This document shows, piece after piece, positions 14,101-25,708 of a stretch of DNA of 64,000 nucleotides; the first letter of the stretch is position 1; the number at the start of each line of letters is the position of its first letter. The position numbers and the translations under genes are program-made. Under the pieces are notes generated by a model. It searched no databases. It was not told where the DNA came from and was given only the letters and a program-made list of their open reading frames with translations. This DNA is from Eledone cirrhosa (lineage: Eukaryota): assembly GCA_964016885.1 (NCBI GenBank), contig OZ024745.1:29884001-29948000 (forward strand), given 5' to 3'.

Positions 14101-16919
14101 CTCCTGTCAGTTTGTGCTGTATTTTGACGTTTCCGATGATACAATGAAGAACCGTCTACTTGAACGTGCCAAGACCAGTGGCCGAGTGGACGACAATGAA
14201 GAGACCATCATGAAACGCCTCCAGACATTCCATGACCACACAACACCAGTTATTGAATACTACGAGAAAAACAACAAACTACAAACTGTAAGTTCTATCA
14301 CAAACTTAAATTTTTTTTACCAATTTCAATCATTAGATTACGACCATACTGGGGTAATTCCTTAAAGAGATTTATTTACTCAAATTGCTAAATTATGAGA
14401 CTTAAACAAACAGTAAACAGAGAGAGAGAGAGAGAGAGACGTGGTTATTTTTATAGATAACCTATATATATTTATTGTAAACATATGATACAAATGTGAA
14501 ATATATTTTATTTAATCTAAGTTTACTATTTCTATTGTCGAAATTAGTGTAGTATTTATTTATCAAACAAAATACTTTGCAGTGTTTACTTACGGCCTTT
14601 CTGAGTTCAAATCCCGTCGATGTCTACTTTACTTTTCATCCTTCTGAGGTCGATAAAATAAAGTACCATAATGCTACATACTATACATGCACCTTTGATG
14701 AGTTGTAGTGCACCTGAGCACTTGTACACAATAATTTTCATTATATTATATATTATAAAGAACTGAGTTTGATTTGATCAACTTTCGCCTCCTCACAAAT
14801 TGCTGACCTTGTCCCTAAATAAGAAAACATTATTTTGTATAATAACCATTATAAAATAAATTAAAAAAAAAAATTGAAACCGTAATTAGGTGGGAAATTA
14901 TCATATTTTGTTAGTGTTATTTCATTTTAAGTAAACAGACGGAACTTGATTGATTTGTATATATATAAATTCCGATCGATTTCCGAAGAAAAGGGAATAT
15001 CACAACATGCATTGGACATCACATTATATCTGTTTCAACAGGAATATGCATACATGTAAATTCCGAATGATTTATTAGTAAAATAAAATATTCAGAATTC
15101 AATCGTGTTCAGTAATGATTAAAGAAAAAATATATGAATTTTATTCACTGTTGTATAAAAAGAGATATAATAATACAATGCTTACAGAACGAAAGCCCAA
15201 ACAAATATAATATAAAGGAAAGGGAAAACAGAAAGAAAAGGAAAAAAAGAATGGAAAAGAAAAAAAAAATCTGGGACCACATACAACAAAAGGCAGGCGA
15301 AAGGAGTGGACAACCGAGCCGCTATCAGAGTAAAAGATAACAGAATCGCGAGAAGCACTGGGAAACCTCTAATGATTTTTTAGGCAAGCCAGCACGCTCG
15401 CAGCGTTACCTCGGGTGATGGCGAGGCTGAGGCGCTGGAACAACCAAGCGCCCTCACGAGCTTCACCAGTTACTTCGGTTGGGCGAGTCTCCAGTGAAGA
15501 TAGGAATCTCGCAGTCAGTAGTTCGACTACCCCAAACGTCTCGAACGCCACAGCCTGGAAAATGTAGTTGGCCGACAGATCACGGTATTTTAGGATTTTG
15601 TTCATAAAGAAAATTATTGCAATTGATTTAAATAAATTATTACTTGGAGATGCTGTCTGCATGGAATAAACTTCCTGTATCAGTTGTTAGTTGTCGGGAA
15701 ACTGCATCCTTCAGAACTTCCATGCCTTTCGAAATTCACCAACACTACACCTGAAATTTCCCCTCCACGTATGTGTGTGTGTATCATGACTCATACACTG
15801 TTCACTTTCCTGACATTTGTACATTATTCTATGTACTATACATGCACCTTTGATGAGTTGTAGTGCAGCCGAGCACTGTACACAATGATTATTATTATCA
15901 TTAGAATACTTAAAACAAAATAACGCCATTTACCTATGTAAACATTACTTAATTTTACTCATAGTGATTAAAGTATACTCTCAAAATTAACAGGCCGTAT
16001 GCGAAGTTATACTCTAGAGTTGGATGGATAATGCACATTGAAATTATAATTATTTTACCCAATGATACCCCAGTGACGAACATATATATCCGCTAAGTTA
16101 TCCGATATATGGCAGATAACACGCTAACGTGTGGCAAGGACTGAGAAAAACAAGGGAGAGAAATGAATTTGCCTAAGTTGTCGTTAGTTACTTCCCATAT
16201 GATTTCAAGGGAGGAAACTATGATTGTTCTCAGTATGTTGTCTTTTAAAAGTTTGTTAGCTTCTGAGTGGGAGCCAAAACAATGTATACACACTTCGACA
16301 ACATTCTAATCAAAGTGTGTATTCATCTTGGCGGGATACGTTGTATATATATATACATATATATATGTATGTAAAAGGTAAACAGAAATAACAACACAAT
16401 CGGTACAGTATATAGAAAGTATATATTAGGTTAACGCTTGATATAGCAGGAAGAGGGTCTTAACGTTTCGGACGCTAGTCTTTCATCAGAAGAAAGAATG
16501 GGAAATAAAATAGATTAAGGGGACGGGCGGGATGGAATTGGAAAAAATAGATGTCAACATGAATGGACCTATTATTTTTATCTAAAGACATTCTTTCCAA
16601 TTCCATCCCTCCCGTCCCCTTAATCTATTTTATTTCTCATTCTTTCTTCTGATGAAGGACTAGCGTCCGAAACGTTAAGACCATCTTCCCGCTATATCAA
16701 GCGTTAACCTAATATATACTTTCTATATACTGTACCGATTGTGTTGTTATTTCTGTTTACCTTTTACATACATATATATATATCAACGCTTACGTGGACC
16801 TCTCAAAATTCGTTGGATTTTCTGATTGGACTTTCACCTCGAAACTGGATACCAACCCGGAGTACACCTGAACTTCCACCAGGAAATCTTTCGTATCTTT
16901 GAAATTTTCTTTGCTTCTG

Positions 16920-16963
<44 letters not shown>

Positions 16964-18095
16964 GTGTTAACACAACAGTTAGTTCACCATACCGAGAACA
17001 ATTGTTATAGTAGGGTGCTGCTCTGTCAAAGATAGCCTTATTAGAGCGGCACCCTACTATAACACAGTGTTAGCTAACAACGGCTTCTTGCAACCCATCA
17101 CTTACTCTCCCATTAACAATAACAGCAATAAGAAAAGAAGGCGTAACAATAGACAAACTATCTGGTTCTCTCCTCCCTTCTCACTCAACGTTAAAATTAA
17201 TGTAGGATAACATTTTTTAGCCTTCTTAGATACTTTCCCATAGGTCACAAATAACGCTCCATCTTTAACAGACACAAAGTAAAACTAGGGTACTCCTGCG
17301 CTAAGAATGTGAAGGCCCACATCACCAACAGCCCTAAGAGCAACACCCACCAGGGTGCTCTTGCCAAAAGCCTGAAGCTTGTCCCCTTCAACAGCAATGC
17401 AACACACCCACTGTAATTTATGAAGCTGTGGTCACTTCCAACCGACCAAATCAATGACAGGAGGTCAAATCCAATGAGAGTATGGCGGAGAGCCAATTTA
17501 AGGAACGCTTCCTGAACCATCAGTCGACTTTTAGGTACCCGGACAAACAATCATCCACGAAACTCACAGGCCACGTATGGTTCCTCAAGGACTCAAGTAT
17601 AGACTACTCCATTCAATGGAAAGCCATCACTAAGTCCAAGCCATACGCAAAGGGCAATCCATCTTGTGGACTATGTATTGATGAACAGATAAATATTCTA
17701 AAGAGATTACGCAATAGCAATTGCCTAAACCCAAGAAATGAATTCTTCACACATTGTCCACATGTCTAGAAACACTTCTTACAAAGCTCCGGATTGAACA
17801 ACAACATCGTAATTTTCTTATCAGCTAGAACCTTTCAGACTTTCGCAGTTATCTCCTTTATACCTGCTGCACGCAGTTTTGTATTGCCTGGGTGAAGTGA
17901 CCATTTCTGCATATGCGTGTTCATACGGTTGTCCTTCCTGTTCCGTATAACTATGTCCATTACGAACTGAGGATCCACTAAGGTGAAACAATTGTTCTCG
18001 GTATGGTGAACTAACTGTTGTGTTACCACTTCTACCTAACTCCTCCCATGGACTGAGTGCTCTACCACTATGGATATTACCTTCCAGTATTCTAC

Positions 18096-18126
<31 letters not shown>

Positions 18127-21100
18127 AATATAAACAAATAGTAAAAAGGAAACAAACACAGTAGAAAATGCTAGAGGGATTTTTTCAGAATAACATCAAA
18201 GCATTTAAATTACAAAGTAAGGATTTCCGCATTTAATTGTACGGAAGTGTATAGTGCAGTTAAATTGCATATTAATAAGAATAATAAGAAAATGGAGAAA
18301 AAAATTTACTGTTTTTACATACATATTTAGGGAGGAAAGTTCATATTTTTGTCCGTAGTTTTTTTTCATTCTCTGTTAGTGTTGACCAAGAGTGGTGGTA
18401 GCAGTTTAAGTTGTTGGCTTTGGCTGAAAAGCATATAAAGCTGAAACCGGGACTATTAAATGCGGAAATACCTACTTTGTAAATAAATGTTTTGATGTTA
18501 TTCTGAAAAAATCCCTCTAGAATTTTTCTACTGTGTTTTTCTTTTTACTATTTGTTTATATATATCAACTCGTGTGTCACTTCTCGACATTCCATATATA
18601 TATATTAGTCTAGGGTAAGAACGGGATGGAATAAGTTCAGGGAGCTACTGCCACTGCTAGCTGCAAAAGGCTTTTCCCTCAAAATGAAAGGCAGACTGTA
18701 TGATGCGTGTATACAAACAGCAATGTTACATAGTAGTTAGCCCTGGGCACTGTCTGTAGAAGACTTGCGCAGATTAGAAAGCAACAAAGCTTGTATACTC
18801 CGATGGATGTGTAATAGTAATATATGCGAACGGCAAAGCATAAACGAACTGAGAGAGAGACTGAGCATAAGAGGAATCAAATGCTGTGTGCAGGAGAGGA
18901 GGTTACATTGGTATGGACATGTGATGCGTTTGAAGGATGAAATCTGCATAAAAAGGTGCAGAGTACTAGAAGTCAATGGAAGCCACGGAGTGGGGAGACT
19001 CAAGAAGACCTGTGATGAGGTTATAAAAGCCGACCTTACCCAATTGCACCTCTCAAGGGCGATGACACATGACCGTGACCTCTGGCATCACGCAGTAATA
19101 CAGAAGACCTGACTTCCCACAGGAACAAGCTGAAGTATATAGACAATATGACCCCACCCCCTCCCACTGCAAAGTGGTCATGGAGATGCCACGGCAAAAA
19201 AGCACCCAGCCCACACTGTAAAGTGGACGTGTAGGCACCACAGAAAAAAGCACCCAGCACTCACTGTAAATGAGGTTGGTGTTAGGAAGGGCATCCAACT
19301 GTAGAAATCAAGCCAGAATCAGTTACTATATGAGCAAGATTAGGTCAGCCGACATGACATTGCCCACAACAGGACAACCCGTCTAACCCATGCTAGCTTG
19401 GAAGAACGGACGTAAAACGGTGAAGATGATGATGATGATATATATATATATATGTTTGTTTTGCAAGGTTTTCGATATGAAATCGTGTGTTGAAACAAAT
19501 ATTGTTATATTTGGGGAGGGTCATAATAAAACACACTCACTGTTTGGTTTGGATTGGTTTTCGCTTCTGTATCTTTTATATCTCCATAGTTAATTTATCT
19601 GGCAATACCAAACAGTGAGTGTGTTTTATTATTATTTATGGCAATATTATAACAATATGACCCTCCCCAAGGGCATCCAGTCATAGAAAACTTGCCAGGT
19701 AGTCCTATACTAGTGAGACACAGTCACCCGACCAATCTTGCCTCAAGTGGGACAATTCCCATCTAACCCATGCTAGGGTGGAAGATAGACATTAAACGAT
19801 GATGATGATGATACATACATTTATATATATTAGTCTTCACATTTATTATTACTATATATACACATATATATCATCTTCTTTATTAATTGTGGCCATGCTG
19901 GGGCACTATATTTTACTGCTTTAAGTCATATATTATATATATCATCATTTACCGTCCACCTTTCACTGCTGGCAAGGGTTGTATAGGTCGTCACAGACCA
20001 AGTCAGTACTTAAACAGAGTTACTGACCTCTCAGATTGACCGGAGGTGGATGGGGTGGGGCACATTTTGCTTACATTCCAGCACTTTACAGTGTGAACTG
20101 GTTGAATTTCATCATAGCACCACCACTAGAGAGGTTGTCATGTGTTTGACGTGATATGACTGAAGTGTGTGTGCGCGTGCATGTGTGTGTGTGCGTGTGT
20201 GTGTATGTGTGCCCATATAAGCCGTTTAACAACAGCAAAAAATGTGTACTAGACTTGAATAAAATAATGTAGTGCCCCAGCATGGCCACAGTCTAATGAC
20301 TGAAACCAGTAATATATATTGACCCAACATGGCCATAGTCTGATGAGTGAAACCAGTAAAAGAATTAATAGAAAGAAATGTACTATCAGAAATATATATC
20401 ATCTTACTGTTTGTTACAGATTAAAGCTGAAGGTGGCCCCAATGAAGTATTTGTCCAAGTAGAGAGTGTCTTTAAACAGTGCTGCCCTACATTGAGTAAG
20501 TATCTATTTCTGTTAGAGGGCGTATTTAACGGTTTCATAGCTATATTTCTAATGAAATACACTCTATTTTGAGGGATTTACTAAAATTATCAATATTTAA
20601 TTACTAAGATAGTAATGTAACATGTGGTTCTTATATAGAATTATATTGGAAAATGTTAATTTATAGGGAAACCCTTTAAGATGAATGGTTTTGTTTCATA
20701 GAACCAGAGCTGGTTTGGTATCAAAAGGGTTAGTGAAAAATGTTGAGAAATTTAACGAAATTAATAATTACATATGGTTCTTGAATAAATTATGCTTGAA
20801 TATTTTTATTTAAATAGGAGCCTTTTAAAATGCGTGGTTTTGTTCCATAGAACTGGAGGTACTTTAATAAAGAATTTTGAGGGATTTACTAAAATGATTG
20901 ATTTACTTATTTATTAAAATAATAACTAGGTAGGTGCAAACTTCAATTTGGTGTTCATGCCTACTCTTACTTATGGTCATGAACCTTGGATAATGACTGA
21001 AAGAATATGATCACAAATACCAGCAGCCAAAATGGGATTCCTCCGAAAGGTCTTTGGAGTAACATTACTTGATGGCTCAGAGATCAGGGAGTTGCTTCAG

Positions 21101-21628
21101 GTAGAACTACTAATTCTCATAGACATGTGGTTAGAATGTCTCAGGAAAGAATCACTGGACAGATTTTATGGGCAAAACAAGCCTGCAGGAGAGCCAGGTT
21201 TAGGCCCTGAGCAAAAGGGTTGGATAGCATATATATATATGTCAGAATGGAGGTGGTAAAAACCAGTTAGACCATTACTCACCAGAGTACTCGGTACTTG
21301 GGATAGTAGAGTGGGTAGTATGAAAAATTTGGGACCCCGACGACTCAGCTCCGACCGTTTCAACAGCTAGAGTTTGAACCTAGCTGTTGAAATGGCTGGA
21401 GCTCAGCCATTGGGGTCCCAAATTTTTCATATATATATATGATTGTCAAATCAGACCAAGGAAATAGTATTCCTGTTGGACGTTCTATCACAGATATTAT
21501 CTCCCAGGTGCAACAAGTAATTTCTTCAAGATCACAACATGTACCTTGAGCTGATCAATCATAAAACGTGCGTCACACATGATTAAACATAATGATGCTA
21601 TATTTATACCTTGTTCCTACTCTTTATT

Positions 21629-21700
<72 letters not shown>

Positions 21701-21967
21701 AAAAAGGGATGAAATCGAAAATGCAACTGAAGGGATGGAGGGTCTGTGGTTTTTCTCACAGATGTGAGAAAAACCACAGACCCTCCATCTCAACTCACCT
21801 GTTGAAAAGCAGAAGAACTGCGAAACCGGTAAAGGAACCAAATAAATATATATATTTTTAAAAAAAATAAGACTTCAGTTGCATTTTCGATTTCATCCCT
21901 TTTTCTTTATACTTCCACTCGTGTAGGACACCTCGGTTATTTTTCATTTTGTAAAAAAAAACCTCAC

Positions 21968-22014
<47 letters not shown>

Positions 22015-22042
22015 CCTCATCATCATCATTTTACGTCCACTT

Positions 22043-22080
<38 letters not shown>

Positions 22081-22325
22081 TCTAATTATTTTTTTCTATT
22101 TATAATAGTTTTACTAAATTTCATTGTCTTTTATTTCCAGAACCTTGCCTGGATGAATGTAAAATCATCTTTGTTGTAGGTATGTATTATTTCTGAATTA
22201 CTTTAACCAACAATCCACTCTCTGTGGAATGGTTACTATGTGTGTATATATATATATATACATATCATCATCATCATCATCGTTTAACGTCCATCTTCCA
22301 CGCTTGATATAAATATATAAATATA

Positions 22326-22366
<41 letters not shown>

Positions 22367-22604
22367 ACATATGTTTAGAAACAACAGGCAAAATTTGAAA
22401 TTTATGTGAAAGTTAGAAGATTCATCAAATTGTTTTACTATAGAAAAATAGTCTAAATTATAGGGCATATCAGCCCCACTTAATGGAAAAAGGTGCCAAT
22501 GTTCATTTTTTCCATTAAGATGACTGATATGCCCTGTTATTTAGATTATTTTCTACAGTCAAAAAATTTGATGAAGCTTCTTTCTCATAAATTTTAAATT
22601 TCAG

Positions 22605-22637
<33 letters not shown>

Positions 22638-24254
22638 TTAGAGAGAGAGAAAGATGTTACATTTCCTGTCTGATGATTCTGTGAGAACACTGGTGAAACT
22701 CAAGAGTAACAAACCTCTTCCATAATAAACAGTAGTTTCACCGTTCTTTCAATCTTTTTTATTCCACGTCAGACCATTTCTTCTCTATGCTTCATCTTCC
22801 ATTACTTATTACTGATGGCCCCTTTTCATGAATTGTCAGTCATTCCCAATGTGGATTCTATGAAATTATACTCATGGAGCTGTATGTTGAAGTGTTATCA
22901 GTGGCTTGTTGTGCACTTTAGTGTGAGCATCTTTACATAAACATTGGATGAACTCTGTGAGGATAAAGCTCTTTCTTATAGTGAAAACAATTCCCCCTAC
23001 TGATGGCATGGATGGAATAATAAGATTGAAGGAATGCATGAGATGATCAATAAAAGCCAAACTACTTAAATTGTCTCAGTAACAGTGATTGATAGTATTA
23101 ATATTTTTTAATTTTTTTTTGTTTTTCTTTTATTCTTTTCGGAATCAAGAAACTCCATGTGCCCAAAAACCTTCTCCTTAGAACACAGATTTTGAAAATC
23201 CAATCCATTTTTCTCTTGAATGCACCGTTTCAGAGCCATTTGGCGACACACATACATACAAACGTACATACACGCATACATTCTCAAATATATAGTATAG
23301 ATGCCTTCCCTATCGCTAACCACTTTTGAGAGTGAATGAGTGTATTCATCGTGTAACACACGATCACTAGAGAGAGGATATCATGTCCCTGACAAAACTG
23401 TAGGCATTTCTCATTCCTCTTTGGCCTAGTTTCTATAGAGAGATGCACCTCCTTTTACCAAGCACCCTACAGAGCATACCCTCAGTACATATTCTCTGCA
23501 TTTACTGACCATGTCTCATCACTATGCAACATCACACTTCACATATATCCCTCCTTTCATTCATACAGATATGTATTAACTCTTTATTGTTTATTTATAT
23601 CCAGGTGGTCCAGGCAGTGGTAAGGGTACAATGTGTGCCAAACTAGCACAAGTTTATGGTTTCTGTCACCTCTCATCTGGGGATCTGCTTCGAGAAGAGG
23701 TAGCTTCTGGCTCAGCCCGAGGTAAAGAACTCAACGAGACTATGCAAAAAGGTCAACTTGTGCCAATGGTAAGACTGTCTTGTATTTTTTTATTGTTTAT
23801 CTTCTTGTTACTGTAAGAGCAGTATGTTGGTGCCCTGATAAGATGCACCCAATACATAATGTAAAATGATAGTGTTTGTGCCACAATAAAATGCATCAGT
23901 AAACTCTGTAATGTGTTTGGCATTAGGAAGGGCATCCAGCTGTAAAAATCATGCCAAAACTGGAGTGTATGTAAGCAAGATGTGGACCGCCTTCCCATCT
24001 ACAAGAGCAGTAGCTCTGATCAAGTATTGACTTAGTCTGTAACAATTTGTCTAACCAATGTTGCATGGAAAAACTGACAAAAATATTATGATAATGATCG
24101 TATGTAAGTGTAATGCAGACCCCTGACCTGTCTGGGAGGTCAGTAGCCTTGTTTCAGTACTGAGTCAGTTTGTAAAGACCCATCCAACCCTTACTAGAAT
24201 GGAAAGTAAATGTTAAATGATGATGATGATGATGATGATATATATATATATAAT

Positions 24255-24301
<47 letters not shown>

Positions 24302-25668
24302 AATTATTGTGTACAGTGTTCAGGTGCACTACAACTCATCAAAGGTGCATGTATAGTACATAGAATAATGTTCAAATATCAGGAAAATGAACAGTGTACG
24401 AGTCATGAAATACATGTGTGCTTGTGTAAGCATGCCCATGTGTGTTAGACACATGGAAATCAAAAAGGTGCTCAGGGTTGTTGTTGGCAAGATGGTTAAT
24501 AATTTTGTGGGTGTTTACCAAGTCAGTTGCCAGATGTCGGACTTCAATGTATCCATGCCCAGGGAAGCAAGGTGTTCAGAGTATGGTAGATGCCCGATGG
24601 AGGGTATTTGCTTGGTTGCACGTCTGTCAACAATTTCCAGGAGGTCAATGTTCTGAGCAAGATAGGGGTTCCAGACTGGTGATGCAAATTCTAAGTGTGG
24701 TCGCACCATAGCTATATATAGCTTTAAATAGATAGTGGGAGAGCAGCTGACAAAGGTCTTGCTGAGTGATGCTAAGACACCCTCGTCCTTCTTGACAATT
24801 TTAGAGACGTGCTTCGTCCAATGTAAATCGCTGCTGACAGTAATGCCCAGGTCATGTTCACAAGAAGACTTCTTGATATTAGTGTTGTGGAGGGAGTATG
24901 TGGACGCTGGGTTTTACTCCCAAAATGCATGGTGGTACACTTGTCCACAGCCAGCTTGAGTTGCCAGTCCGTGATCCATTGTTGCATTGAGTCCAGGTCT
25001 GATTTCAGGAAAGATCTATAGTGTGTATATATATGTATGTATGTATGAGTGCTACTGGTAACATGTAACCCAGTACAACCTGTTGGATGGTTGGGTCATT
25101 GGCAACTAAACTGGCAACCCCACCAAGTTTACTTTGTGAGGAGGGTAATTTTAGACACTCTGCAGGACAAAAAACAAAACCTGACAAAGGGTGGAAGAAC
25201 TCATAAGAGTCAACGGCCATCCAAAAATGTGTAAATATGTATATACCTATATGCATGTGTATATATGTATATATGTATATGTAAATGTAAGTATACATAT
25301 GTATATAAATGCGCGGGGACATAGAAATAATTGGATACCCAATCGAACGGTTAAACCTCTGGGAGTGAAGGACCCCTAGCCTTTGTCAGAACATTCTTCT
25401 TGGAGAAGGCAACTCAGGAAACTGTGATAATTCTGACATAAAACCTGCGGCTCAGTAGTTACCGATGATGTTGATCTTTTCTTCTTTTCGGGTTATAGCT
25501 ACTGTCGCTCGGAGAGTGGGATTAGCTCAGTGTACAGTCTTTCCTCACTTTAAAAAATAATCTTCATGCTCAGGCATTACATGATAGCATTAATTAATAA
25601 TTATTAATAATGTTATATTGTGCAATGGCCATACTCGATAACGAAGGGGCAGCCATCATGTATGTATG

Positions 25669-25708
<40 letters not shown>

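Noticed and set aside
16262-16340. Minus-strand gccaagATG as the start of a nested gene
   Set aside because: The sequence is shared with the small MITE-like repeat at 31790-31873 and has no convincing ORF.
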